A DNA stretch of 64,000 nt from an uncultured archaeon (GTDB lineage Archaea; Asgardarchaeota; Lokiarchaeia; Sigyniarchaeales; SOKP01). The notes under the pieces were generated by a model, which ran no database searches, was not told the origin of the DNA, and was given only the letters and a program-made list of their open reading frames with translations. A program made the position numbers and the translations under genes. Below, in pieces: positions 21,115-31,497 of this stretch; position 1 is the first letter of the stretch, and each line of letters starts with the position of its first letter. Location: contig CAZDTP010000006.1 in NCBI GenBank assembly GCA_964508365.1, positions 32,001 through 96,000 of the forward strand. The letters are read 5' to 3'.

Positions 21115-21886
21115 GGGTGGATACAAAATTCAGTGTTTTTTAATATATTTGAATTTATTCAAGGATTATAATTCATATATTTCTTTATTCCATAAAAGCC
21201 CCAAGACATAGTAAAAATTGGAAATAATAGAAGAATAAAGTTAAAAATAGCTAAATCTATAAATTCTATTTTCTCAAAATAAATAACGTACATTGGCACA
21301 ATAAAGAAAAATATTGATAAGCAAAATATTATAAGAAAGAGTAATTGAAATTTAAAATATTTTTTAAAGCATTTCTTACAGAAATATCCTTTGATCCAAA
21401 ATGACATTGGTCTAATGACTTCTTTTTTACTTTGCTTGAATATTTCATTAGATATTGTTTGACCACAGCATCTACAAAAAGTTGTTGAAGATTTTTTATG
21501 GTTTCTCTCCACATAGTATTGATTATGAAAATTTAATGCTCTTTTAAATATGAAATAGATTATTATTCCTTGAACAATCCAGAAACTACTCAGAATTAAC
21601 CATAAGACTAACATTATAAAGTCATGATCATATACAGGAATAACTGTATTCAAAACAATAGCAAGATTATATTCCAAAAGAAATGCTAATAATTGGAGTA
21701 AAATCATTGAAATGCCTAAAAAGATCCATAAATATCCGTATGAGATGGAATATTTCTTTGAAGGAATGTATTTAAACACTCGTGAATCCATATAAACTCA
21801 ATAGTTATAAAGTTTTACTAATCTATACGATATTTGAATATTTAAAAGTAAGGATTTTTTATTTTAACTAAATCTTGTATCCACCC
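21115..21886. mobile_element. putative non-autonomous cargo element with 20-bp terminal inverted repeats
   Basis: GGGTGGATACAAAATTCAGT (21115-21134) matches the reverse complement of 21867-21886 (GGGTGGATACAAGATTTAGT) at 18/20. AAATTTT lies on both outer flanks. No transposase inside. Confidence 0.55.
21159..21791 (-). CDS. hypothetical membrane protein with CxxC/CxxC zinc-finger loop
   Basis: Four hydrophobic segments; CRCC...CKKC in the central loop; lies inside the inverted repeats. Confidence 0.7.
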   Translation of the reverse strand: MDSRVFKYIPSKKYSISYGYLWIFLGISMILLQLLAFLLEYNLAIVLNTVIPVYDHDFIMLVLWLILSSFWIVQGIIIYFIFKRALNFHNQYYVERNHKKSSTTFCRCCGQTISNEIFKQSKKEVIRPMSFWIKGYFCKKCFKKYFKFQLLFLIIFCLSIFFFIVPMYVIYFEKIEFIDLAIFNFILLLFPIFTMSWGFYGIKKYMNYNP

Positions 21887-22089
21887 AAATTTTATGAACT
21901 ACCTTAACCATTCGTATGGGTAAGAAACGAGAAAGAAAGGACTAAAGACTTAAATATTAATTAAAAATAGTTATGTAAGAAAATAGTCATTTTTACTGAA
22001 GTTTAAACATAAACAACATTGATCATGTATTGAAATACAAGAAACAAAAGGTTTTTAGAAAAAAATATTAAGTTACAATCGAAATTTTT

Positions 22090-22971
22090 TTAATTTAATA
22101 AATCTAAAAATCTGTTTAGAATAGCATGATATTCATCTCTTTTGAGTAAAGTGCCCATATGCCCTACATTCTCAAATATTATTTCTTCCACATTAGGATA
22201 TTGACTTCTTAATTCCTCATGATAAGGAAATCCATGATCGTCATTTGCTGTAAAAATAAGAACTTTACCATCCCACCCGTAATAATCTTCTATATTGTAT
22301 TTTTCACCGTTGAATTCACCTGTGAGAATTGATTGGCATTGTATAACGCTTTTCTCTAGTTTATTAAACCTTTCTTTTATAAATGCCATTGTAAAATTAA
22401 ACTCCTCCCTAATTTCAGTGATCATTTCTTTATCTTCATCGGCTAATTTCAAAAGTTTTTTTGACATCACCTTCCTTAATAGAAAAGCTGGTATGAATTT
22501 AAGCAGCTTTTTCATTTTTTTAAAATCTTTTACCCATTCATTTTTTGGAGGATAACTATTGATAAGAATAAGCGCCTCTATATTTTTATAATTTCTATGG
22601 AAGTACGGTTGAGCCATAAAACTTCCAAAACTCTGACCTATTAAAATATATTTTTCCACGTTTTCTTTTTTTAGAATTTCATTTACTCCTTCACTAAATT
22701 CATCTAAACTTTCAAAATTGGTAATTGACGGGGCGATAATCCTATAATTTTTTTCAAAAAATCGAATAGCTTGTAAATTACCTTCGGCATTTCCAAGTGC
22801 TCCATGAAAGGTAAGAACTGTTTTTTCACCAGTTCCACAGCTAATATATTCTAGTTCCTTATTTCTGAACTTAATAGTCTTTATGGGATGATTTTTTCTA
22901 TAATCCACAAGGCGTTGATAAAGTTCCGGGGTTATATCCTTATAAAATTTGGAATTCCTTTGATTTTTCAT
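22090..22971 (-). CDS. alpha/beta hydrolase
   Basis: FHGALG, nucleophile elbow GQSFG, acid residue in ANDD, C-terminal GH. Confidence 0.85.
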   Translation of the reverse strand: MKNQRNSKFYKDITPELYQRLVDYRKNHPIKTIKFRNKELEYISCGTGEKTVLTFHGALGNAEGNLQAIRFFEKNYRIIAPSITNFESLDEFSEGVNEILKKENVEKYILIGQSFGSFMAQPYFHRNYKNIEALILINSYPPKNEWVKDFKKMKKLLKFIPAFLLRKVMSKKLLKLADEDKEMITEIREEFNFTMAFIKERFNKLEKSVIQCQSILTGEFNGEKYNIEDYYGWDGKVLIFTANDDHGFPYHEELRSQYPNVEEIIFENVGHMGTLLKRDEYHAILNRFLDLLN

Positions 22972-23212
22972 CTCTACTACCTTGATTTTTCATCTCACCT
23001 AAAATTTTTTTGTCGCTAATTAAACATAGCTATTTTTGATATATAAATATTTTCATTCTTTTATGGAATTTGAATAATCGAATTCTTTTTTCTAAATGAT
23101 TTATCTGGAAAAATAATGGTTTAATTATGAATAAATGAATGAATTTTTTAAGGAAAATATTAAAATACTGAAAATTTTATTTCGAAAAAATTCAATTCAA
23201 TCCTTTTAATAG

Positions 23213-24349
23213 ATGATTCATAATTCATTCGATACTAAAAATTTATTATGTTATTTTCATTTATTTAACCTGATGACCAAAAAATCTGATTATAAATCAG
23301 AACAGGAAAGAATACTCCAGATTAAATACAATTTAATTAAATTTAACCTATTTGAAGGAACGATTGCAGATCATATAGAACACATTATCAAAATAATAAT
23401 TAATATTGGAAAAATTCGGGGGAGGAGCACTCGATTATCAATTATCTTAGTAATTTTTTTCCTTCTTAGAAAATTAACTCAAAAGGAACTACAAAAATTA
23501 ACAGGATATTCACGATCTAGTATTTCAACATCCATGAATTATATGTGTAAATCTGGTGTAGTCAATAAAGTACCAATTAAAGGAACTCATACATTTGAAT
23601 ATCGATTAAAGGGCAACGAATTTGAAATGCTCTTAGGAAATTATCTGGCAATTTTAGATTCTGTTATAACAGTAAAAAATGCATTAGAAATTAAAAAAAT
23701 CATCAAGGCAAATAGAAATCAAAATAACAAATTAATAAATAATTTTATAGAAACTCTCGATAAATACCAGATATTGCTTGAAAACATATGTAACAATACA
23801 ATATCAATGATAAGAAAACCTATAAATCTCATAAAAAATAAAGAAGATAATTGGATTATAAACAAACATACAGATAATCCAAATGAAATTATTGCCGCCT
23901 TTTTTAATCTAACATTGTTTTATGACCAAAAAAAGAGCCTCTCGGAGATATTATGTCACTTTATAGAGCATAAAAAATTAACCCAAAAGGAATTATGTAG
24001 TCTAACTAGCTATTCAGCGGGAACAATTTCTCAGGGCTTAAAATTTTTGGTCAATAATAGTTTAATCAAGGAGATAAATACAAGGAGAGGTGCACAAAAA
24101 GAATACTTTGTTATATCAATTTCAGATTACTTCATCCAAAGAAATATTATTATTACAAAAGCCATACTTGGACAGAAATTAATTTATGAAAAAATAAAGG
24201 AGGAATTGGATACAAACATTGGTGAATTAAGCTATTTGAAAGGATATAATGAATTATATATATATTTATTACAGAATCTAACAGTTATGCCAATATTTGA
24301 AAAAGCATTAGAAGATTATATTAAAATAAAAAATGAAATGAATAAATAA
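23213..24349 (+). CDS. transcription regulator with tandem GbsR/MarR-type winged-helix domains
   Basis: Two copies of LTQKELxxLTxYSxxxISxx(M/L). The likely start is ATG 23273. Confidence 0.75.
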   Translation: MIHNSFDTKNLLCYFHLFNLMTKKSDYKSEQERILQIKYNLIKFNLFEGTIADHIEHIIKIIINIGKIRGRSTRLSIILVIFFLLRKLTQKELQKLTGYSRSSISTSMNYMCKSGVVNKVPIKGTHTFEYRLKGNEFEMLLGNYLAILDSVITVKNALEIKKIIKANRNQNNKLINNFIETLDKYQILLENICNNTISMIRKPINLIKNKEDNWIINKHTDNPNEIIAAFFNLTLFYDQKKSLSEILCHFIEHKKLTQKELCSLTSYSAGTISQGLKFLVNNSLIKEINTRRGAQKEYFVISISDYFIQRNIIITKAILGQKLIYEKIKEELDTNIGELSYLKGYNELYIYLLQNLTVMPIFEKALEDYIKIKNEMNK

Positions 24350-24552
24350 ATGTTCTTTTCTAATCCTCATTTATTTTTAAAATGCTATTTTAGTTCAAGA
24401 TTCTTTTGGGCATGTATAAATGGTGATGATTGGGATTAGCTATTCCAATGAGCTATTAAATTTAATTTATTATTAAGTATTGAAAATGAATAGATAACTT
24501 TTTCTCATACCTGCTTTTTCCTAAAAATATTTTGGGATATACTAATTAATAC

Positions 24553-25524
24553 TTGATTATATCAACTTTTCCTCCATCACTGAATTTTGTACCTACTCAA
24601 AGTTTGTTAGAAATTCAAGAATCTAGAATACCGTTTGAATATATTAGTTCTAAGAGAATTTTTTTTTACAAAAACATCAAAGTTCTTGTGTTTAAGCGCC
24701 AAATGAAACAAATATCGTTAATAAGCACTCCCGCAGAGTCATATTTTCATAGAGCAATCAAGCTATTTCTATATAAATATATTTATGAAAATAATAAAAC
24801 AATCGTAAAAAGATCACTTGAAAAATACTTTGGCAACCGTTATGCTGATGTATATTTTAAACTTGATACAGGCAAAGAAATCGTTGTTGAAGTTCAAAAT
24901 TCTAAAATTTCTGTTAAAGAAATAATAGCGAGAACTAAGGACTATAATATAAAGGATATTTTCGTCCTATGGATGTTATACGGGGATGGAAAATGCGCTG
25001 CTTCTCCTAAGGGGGCTAAAGATGTAAAATCTATTAAAATAAGTCCAGCAGAAAATTATTTACATCGAATGTATGGAGGTCGTGTTTATTACGTAAACTT
25101 AGATATAAGAAGAAATAAAGCGTCGTTAAAAACTCCTTTCGCAATCCATTATTCTAAACCAATAAAGAAGAACCAACGAGGTTTGTTTAAAAATCGTTAC
25201 GACAGTTTTTACATTCGTAATTCAAATTTTATAACAATTCCTAATTGGAAAATTGTGTGTACAGAATTCTCGGGATTTAAGATAGCTCGCTTTTACGATA
25301 AAAATATTAAATCCATCTTAAAGAATAAGATTTTGAGTTTTTATGAGATTGAGAAAAAACGAATCCCTAATGATAAGAAATTCATTCGAGAGATATTGAA
25401 AAAATTTAATAAGAAATATGGGATTTACATGATATATAATTCAATTCTTGAATTATCTTCTGAAAATAAGATTGAATTTTCTCGAAAAATTATTACAAAG
25501 ATTAAGAGTAAAATTAATTTTTAA
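24553..25524 (+). CDS. CoiA-like PD-(D/E)XK nuclease-family protein
   Basis: ESYFH...K, E...RYADV, VEVQNS.IS..EI..RT..Y pattern. The likely start is ATG 24703. Confidence 0.7.
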   Translation: MIISTFPPSLNFVPTQSLLEIQESRIPFEYISSKRIFFYKNIKVLVFKRQMKQISLISTPAESYFHRAIKLFLYKYIYENNKTIVKRSLEKYFGNRYADVYFKLDTGKEIVVEVQNSKISVKEIIARTKDYNIKDIFVLWMLYGDGKCAASPKGAKDVKSIKISPAENYLHRMYGGRVYYVNLDIRRNKASLKTPFAIHYSKPIKKNQRGLFKNRYDSFYIRNSNFITIPNWKIVCTEFSGFKIARFYDKNIKSILKNKILSFYEIEKKRIPNDKKFIREILKKFNKKYGIYMIYNSILELSSENKIEFSRKIITKIKSKINF

Positions 25525-26027
25525 TACTTATTATTAATTTTAATTACAGATATAATAGTCGTTAAAAATCAATTAGATTTTTATGAAAAATCTCATAAAT
25601 ACGACTAAATAACTTGCAGTAATTATAATTTAGATTTTCCTTTTTGTCATGTGAAAAGATAGATATCTTTAAATAGTTGAAAATTCAATATAACCTTAGA
25701 AAAAAAAAATTGGAAGCCATGATTACATATATATTCTTATACCTAAGAGTCTTAGGACTCAATACCTCAACCCTTAACCCTGTTATTAGATAAATACGTC
25801 TCCTCTTTTTATATTTTTGAACATCTTGGTTTCCGATTTTACTTCTTTTTACATATTTTCGATTTTTGAACTTAGAAATCGTCTTTTTTTTTAGAAGATG
25901 CATACCTTTGGTCGTAGTTTAATTAGGCAAAATGTTGAATAGTTAAAACCAAATCAAGAATTGAAAAGTCTGAAAAAATTTATAAAAAACAAGTCTATTA
26001 ATTAATAAGAAGAAATTATTAATTGAG

Positions 26028-26486
26028 TTGAGGTTGGAAATGGTTAAAACAATAAAATTAAGAAATGGTTCAGAGATAGAATTTGACGAAAAGGCACCCC
26101 AAACTCTTTTTGAAATAATAATTAGCGAGATTTTAATACCTAAATATAAAGAGAATAAGGATTGGAACTTAACCATAAATATTATACTTGAAGAGATAAA
26201 TCAAATCATATCCAAATACGAGTTAGAACCGACGTTAAAAATAGGGCTTTTAAACCAGGTAGAAAAGCACTTGGATAAAGACATTGAGGAATTAACCGGT
26301 TGCGATAAAATTGAGATATTATTTTTGAATATGGATGATATTGTTGAAGATCTTAAGAAACTAATTGTCGCTGGTAAAGATAAACAAGATTTACGTAATG
26401 ACATGGCACATCTAATCTTCCCACTCACAGTTTTTGAACTTGGAGAGCTATTTATTTATTTAGGAAAGAGAGCGTTTCTCAAGTAG
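26028..26486 (+). CDS. hypothetical protein
   Basis: About 150-aa helical ORF; the likely start is ATG 26040; no motif recognised. Confidence 0.65.
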   Translation: MRLEMVKTIKLRNGSEIEFDEKAPQTLFEIIISEILIPKYKENKDWNLTINIILEEINQIISKYELEPTLKIGLLNQVEKHLDKDIEELTGCDKIEILFLNMDDIVEDLKKLIVAGKDKQDLRNDMAHLIFPLTVFELGELFIYLGKRAFLK

Positions 26487-26546
26487 GTTAAATTAACTTA
26501 CATTCAATTAAATTAACTTGTAGAGTCTGTATATAAAAATTCTTAT

Positions 26547-27524
26547 CTACTTTTTTACTAGAGTTGTTATTGGTCGCGATTGCAAAGTGTATAATGTGTT
26601 GTTTTCTATTGCCCATTCAATATCTTGAGGATAGTTAAAAAGCGCTTCCAACTTCAAACCTAAATTATGAATTTGCAAAAGTTGAGATGAATTTAAAGAG
26701 CACATTTCTCTAAATTTTCTTTCAGTGTCAATAAGTATAGTAGAATCGCCTTTTGGATTAGCAACAGAAGTTTTTTCTTTTTTTCCAATTATCATTTTTA
26801 TTATATCAAAATTGTCTTTCTTAACTACTATCAAATCGGGAATAATTGTATTGTTCGTGATTGTTTCACCAAGACCCCAAGTAGAATTAATCATCATTTG
26901 GTCAATATTGTTGTTGATTACATTTGCTGTAAATAATACTCCTGAAACTTGAGGTTTTAACATTCTTTGAACGATGATAGCCATTTCTAAATTCAAAGGA
27001 GTAATATTGAATCCTCTTTTGTTTAATTGTATAAGATATAAGAGAATTTGAGGTGAAAAAAGAGAAGCCCAACACATTTTAATCGATAAAATAATTTCTG
27101 TGATACTTTTGATGTTAAGAAACGATTGAGCTTGCCCAGCGAACGAAAAATTATTTGAGTCCTCATAATTAGCAGAAGATCTAACTGCATAAGAGTAATG
27201 CTCATCAATATCTGAAAATTCTTTGATGTGCTTTTGTTGTATCTCTGAAATTATGTTTGATGGCATTTTAGAAGTTAAGAATAAATCCTTAATCTTTGTT
27301 GAAATTTCAATTACTTCTTTTGGGTTGTACTCTTTCGCAAAAATTTCTTCAATGATAGGCTTAATGCGAGATTCTTTGATGAACGATGTAAAAGCTTTAG
27401 TACTTATAGCATACCCCAGAGGGACATTTATTTCATTTTTAATTAAGGTAAAAATGTTGGAAGCTTTCCCTCCAAAAAGACGTGTATCTTCTTTACCTTC
27501 TTTTAAACTTGTTATATATTCCAT
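26547..27524 (-). CDS. PEP/pyruvate-binding (ATP-grasp) domain of PEP-synthase-type phosphotransferase
   Basis: GGKASN, AVRSSANYED...SFAGQ, CWASLF, VQRML, SGVLFT, WGLGE, QDIEWA and LQSRPIT motifs; no His domain. Confidence 0.88.
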   Translation of the reverse strand: MEYITSLKEGKEDTRLFGGKASNIFTLIKNEINVPLGYAISTKAFTSFIKESRIKPIIEEIFAKEYNPKEVIEISTKIKDLFLTSKMPSNIISEIQQKHIKEFSDIDEHYSYAVRSSANYEDSNNFSFAGQAQSFLNIKSITEIILSIKMCWASLFSPQILLYLIQLNKRGFNITPLNLEMAIIVQRMLKPQVSGVLFTANVINNNIDQMMINSTWGLGETITNNTIIPDLIVVKKDNFDIIKMIIGKKEKTSVANPKGDSTILIDTERKFREMCSLNSSQLLQIHNLGLKLEALFNYPQDIEWAIENNTLYTLQSRPITTLVKK

Positions 27525-27563
27525 AATATGATTGTGAAAACTATCTTACTACTAACCATGAAT

Positions 27564-27935
27564 TTAATCATAAACATAAAGAAACCCTTTATCTTCTCCA
27601 TCGTGTGTAATTTTTACTTTTTTATCGATCAGTAATGGTATCTCGTTAGGAGAAATTTTAATTCCCATGATGCAAGGGATTCCAAACTCTCTCGAGATAA
27701 TAGCTAAGTGGGAACCAGCCCCACCTGTAGAACAAATAGTACCGGTTAGATCTGATAAAATGGGCCCTAATGTTGTTATCCCGGCATCGTGTACTAAACA
27801 TATTTTACCTTTTGCTTTATCAAACAAATCGATCACGTGTTCAATCTTAGTAACATAGACTAAAGTTCCTGAAACCTCTAATTTAGATGAACATGACAAG
27901 CCTTCACCTACTTTCCTCATGATTATAATCCCCAC
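27564..27935 (-). CDS. stand-alone PEP-utilising phosphohistidine (swivel) domain
   Basis: GGAGSHLAIISREFGIPC signature with the phospho-accepting His. Confidence 0.87.
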   Translation of the reverse strand: MGIIIMRKVGEGLSCSSKLEVSGTLVYVTKIEHVIDLFDKAKGKICLVHDAGITTLGPILSDLTGTICSTGGAGSHLAIISREFGIPCIMGIKISPNEIPLLIDKKVKITHDGEDKGFLYVYD

Positions 27936-28082
27936 GGAGTAAAATCTTTCTCAATGTTTAATATATCAAAATCTTAAGTATTGTAATTAAATGTATTTAA
28001 AAAACTTAAAACTATTTCATAGATTTAAATAGAATTAAGTTTAAAATTAAATATAAAAGGAAAGATTTTAAGGGATTAACTT

Positions 28083-29240
28083 ATGGACATTAAAGAAGCA
28101 AATGAATTAATAGCTCATGCTTCCGAGCTAGTTGATTACCAAGTATCAAAAAGAGGTCTTTTAGAGACACAACTTTTCCCAGTAACTGCTTATATTTGCG
28201 TATCGTTTTATAATGCTTACGATATGTTATATGAAATTTTGAAAAAAATTTCGGAAAAAACAACTCCTGAAATTATGGGAAGGGAAAGTCGAAAAATCTT
28301 GTCAGAAATTCATGCTCTAAGTATATTTTATATTCCGTTATACTACATGATTGGGAGAATGGGAGAAATTCAAAGGAAGGGTGGTGATCCTAGAAGTGAA
28401 AGCCCAGAAAAAAGAAAACAAACATTATTTGTATTAGATTTTTGGAAAAAGTTGGCCACCTCTTATTTCAAGGATGAAAAACTATCTGTTTATGACTCTA
28501 ACAAAAAAAACATGGTTTTAGATCATTCTACCGTTAAAAAAACTTTAAAAAATGTCATAGATCTTTCTAAAGATGAAGTTATTAAACTAAAAAGAACCGT
28601 AGCAAATCTTGAGGTTGTTTCTTTTCTTGACGAATGTGAAGCAAGAGCAAAGATATGTGATCATGGACCCTACAAAATTAACGATAACGAAAGTTTAGTT
28701 TTTAGAGAGATTTCACATCTTTACGATGGTGGTAGCCCACACTTCCCTTGGTCAGAAACAAATGCCAAAGCTCCTTTTAATAATATTGCTTTTGCTTTTC
28801 GATTGAAGGATGTACAAAATAATTTCGATGATTTCGCTACTCTTGAAACTATTCCTCAAGATTTTACGGATAACATCACAGGTGTTGCCCTCTTAACTCG
28901 TAGCGAACAAAAAATTAAAACTCTTGATTGGAACATCTTAGATTCATTTAAAGACTATTCGGAAAGAGCGAATAAAGAGTTATTTTTGAAGTTTTCGAAA
29001 TGGGATAGAAAACAAAGGTTAATTGCTGGTGCGTACGCTTACTGTTATGGATATGCTAGATACACCAATTTTGTTGGAATCACGAATGATATAAATTGGG
29101 ATCTTACGGAGAAAACGATGAATACTTACGTACCAATGTTTATGGAGAGCGATTTTGACCCAGGTATCCCGAGGCTTTTTCGGAGTAAATCTAAAAAGAG
29201 AAAAGAAGGCCCATCGTTATACTTACTCCCCGAGGAATGA
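28083..29240 (+). CDS. hypothetical protein
   Basis: 385-aa ORF; its stop overlaps the next start (ATGA); no motif firmly recognised. Confidence 0.75.
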   Translation: MDIKEANELIAHASELVDYQVSKRGLLETQLFPVTAYICVSFYNAYDMLYEILKKISEKTTPEIMGRESRKILSEIHALSIFYIPLYYMIGRMGEIQRKGGDPRSESPEKRKQTLFVLDFWKKLATSYFKDEKLSVYDSNKKNMVLDHSTVKKTLKNVIDLSKDEVIKLKRTVANLEVVSFLDECEARAKICDHGPYKINDNESLVFREISHLYDGGSPHFPWSETNAKAPFNNIAFAFRLKDVQNNFDDFATLETIPQDFTDNITGVALLTRSEQKIKTLDWNILDSFKDYSERANKELFLKFSKWDRKQRLIAGAYAYCYGYARYTNFVGITNDINWDLTEKTMNTYVPMFMESDFDPGIPRLFRSKSKKRKEGPSLYLLPEE

Positions 29241-30166
29241 AAGTTATGGATAAAAGTTGCTTACCTCTTGGTTTAGATAGTCGCGATGAACTACTACATC
29301 AACCTACTGACGAATTAAAATGGCGCGAATCTTACTATTTTAATTGGGCAGATTTGGAAAATAGAATTTCAGGTTTTTCAACAATAGGGATTGTTCCTAA
29401 CGAAAATAGACGAGAGATTGTATTTTTATTATTTTTAGAGGATCGAAATGAAGTATATTATAAGGAACTTCCATTACATGAATACGAGACAGATGCAAAT
29501 GTGATGTTAAAATATAAAAATCTCTCATACAAACTTATTGAACCATTTAAAAAGTGGGAGATAAGTTATAAATCAAGAAAAATAGAGTTTGATATTACCT
29601 TTGAAACTAGATTTCCAACTTTCAATTTTGGTAAAGATTCATCTAAATCTTGGCACCAGCATTTTGAATCGTCAGGAGTAATTTCGGGTAAATTGATTAA
29701 GAAAGACGGAGAAGTCATCAACATTAACGGGTATGGTCAACGCGACAAAAGTTGGGGCTTTCGAGACTGGCACCAGTTTGATAAATGGTACGCTGGTCAT
29801 TTTCAATTTAAATTTTGGTCATGTGCATTTCGAAAAGATTTTAGTAGTGATCAAATTGATTTATCGGGTCATACATCGACTGAAAAAGGAAATATTCCTA
29901 TATCTAATCTAGAGATTAAAACTCAAATAGATTCTGACCTGTTTAATAGTCCACTTATTACATACTATGAATTTACGGATGCAAATGATAAAACATATAA
30001 AATTAAAGCTGAGCGATTTGCTAGAAATTCTTTTATTCGGTTTGTTAGAAGTTTTGACGGGGGAAATACAGAATTATTTGAACAAATGGCAATTTTAAAA
30101 GATTTGAAAAGCGGAGAAACTGGAGTTGGTATGATGGAACATTTAAGGACCCATAAGTTAGAATAA
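29237..30166 (+). CDS. tocopherol-cyclase/CrtC-like beta-barrel protein (DUF7064/7065-like)
   Basis: WRESYYFNW, HFESSG, GYGQRDKSWGFRDW pattern typical of AttH/CrtC-like double-barrel proteins. Family call is inference. Confidence 0.6.
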   Translation: MKVMDKSCLPLGLDSRDELLHQPTDELKWRESYYFNWADLENRISGFSTIGIVPNENRREIVFLLFLEDRNEVYYKELPLHEYETDANVMLKYKNLSYKLIEPFKKWEISYKSRKIEFDITFETRFPTFNFGKDSSKSWHQHFESSGVISGKLIKKDGEVININGYGQRDKSWGFRDWHQFDKWYAGHFQFKFWSCAFRKDFSSDQIDLSGHTSTEKGNIPISNLEIKTQIDSDLFNSPLITYYEFTDANDKTYKIKAERFARNSFIRFVRSFDGGNTELFEQMAILKDLKSGETGVGMMEHLRTHKLE

Positions 30167-30296
30167 AGAAATAATTTCTTATTTTCGGCTTCCATTTGTG
30201 TTAAAAAATATGAAAGAAATAGTTTTATTAAGTAAAAAGTCTAATTTGTATTATTAAAATTAATATTAAAATTTTGAAGCAAAAAGGGATTAATTC

Positions 30297-31166
30297 ATGT
30301 GTCAGTGGTGTATGTCTCACGGTGCGGGTAAAAAATGGTATATGAACGCTAAAAATTACTCCGATGAGCTTGCTGAAGAAAGTAATATGAAAGATTACTT
30401 GACGGAGCAATGGATGAATTTTGAGCAAGTTTATATTAGAAAAATTATGGGGTTTTCTTCTAAAGATTTAGGATATAAGTTGAAAATGCCAGTAATTGGA
30501 AAAATCCTTCGTTGGAGGGCTGAAAACATGATCCACAGCCAAAAAAAAAGGAGAAATCCCGTAAGAGCTGATGGGCATTTCGGTCAAGTTATACCCTTAG
30601 AGGATGCTCAAATTATCATGTCAGAACTTGCGGCTGAACCTATAATATGTAATTATTGTATGTGTCGTTGGATGCAAAGAAAGAAAAAAGAAGCTGTCTG
30701 CATAAACTTTGGTGTTTTGTCAGAGGTCCTCGAAAAATTACCCCGTTTTATACCAAAAGATCGAGTAGTAAGGATTGACCGAGAGACAGCAGTTGAAAAA
30801 TTGGAAGAATTTAATAAAAAAGGTTACATTTCAAGCGTTTGGTTTCAACCAATACCATACATAAATGCAGTCTGTTCGTGTGAGAGCCCTGAGTGTGGAG
30901 CGTTTACATTACGTAACAATTTTGATATCAACGTGATGTATAAAGCGGAATATATTATCCAATTAGATCAAGATAAATGCCAAGGATGTAAATCATGTGT
31001 TGCTATGTGTCAATTAAGTGCGATTCGGTTTATTCCTTCAATGGATAGAGTTATAATCGATTATAATAAATGCTTTGGATGCGGCGTTTGTCGTCACGCT
31101 TGTAAACACGACGCCTTAAAATTAATTCCCCGAGAGGATTATCCGGGATTTGATGGAACGTACTAG
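30297..31166 (+). CDS. 4Fe-4S dicluster domain protein with additional Cys-rich N-terminus
   Basis: CQGCKSCVAMC and CFGCGVCRHAC at the C-terminus; CQWC, CNYCMC and CSCESPEC upstream. Confidence 0.83.
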   Translation: MCQWCMSHGAGKKWYMNAKNYSDELAEESNMKDYLTEQWMNFEQVYIRKIMGFSSKDLGYKLKMPVIGKILRWRAENMIHSQKKRRNPVRADGHFGQVIPLEDAQIIMSELAAEPIICNYCMCRWMQRKKKEAVCINFGVLSEVLEKLPRFIPKDRVVRIDRETAVEKLEEFNKKGYISSVWFQPIPYINAVCSCESPECGAFTLRNNFDINVMYKAEYIIQLDQDKCQGCKSCVAMCQLSAIRFIPSMDRVIIDYNKCFGCGVCRHACKHDALKLIPREDYPGFDGTY

Positions 31167-31174
31167 GTGATTAT

Positions 31175-31453
31175 ATGAGTAAAGCAAATAAAAAGAAAAG
31201 AACTAAGATCAGAATAGATTATTCTATTTGTGGAGAAAAAGGAAAAATTGATCCCAGAAACTGCGGTTTGTGTATGAAAGCGTGTGATCCAGCGGTATTT
31301 ATTATGCATGAAACGTTAGGCACCGAGAAGAAGCAAAAAGACATGTACGATCCTCAAGATTGGAGAATCACGCCTATATGGGGCTCACTCTGTAGTCGTT
31401 GTTATAAATGTGTCGAAGTTTGCCCCGAAAATGCAATTACAATTACATGGTAA
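31175..31453 (+). CDS. 4Fe-4S ferredoxin
   Basis: CGLCMKAC and CSRCYKCVEVCP. Confidence 0.83.
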   Translation: MSKANKKKRTKIRIDYSICGEKGKIDPRNCGLCMKACDPAVFIMHETLGTEKKQKDMYDPQDWRITPIWGSLCSRCYKCVEVCPENAITITW

Positions 31454-31497
31454 ATCGTTAAGTTCAAAAATCTTTAACTTTTTATTATTTTTAGAGT

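Noticed and set aside
25685-26176. Two minus-strand ORFs (72 and 77 aa)
   Set aside because: Low-complexity K/R- or F/L-rich translations of AT-rich DNA; the second overlaps the 26028 gene.
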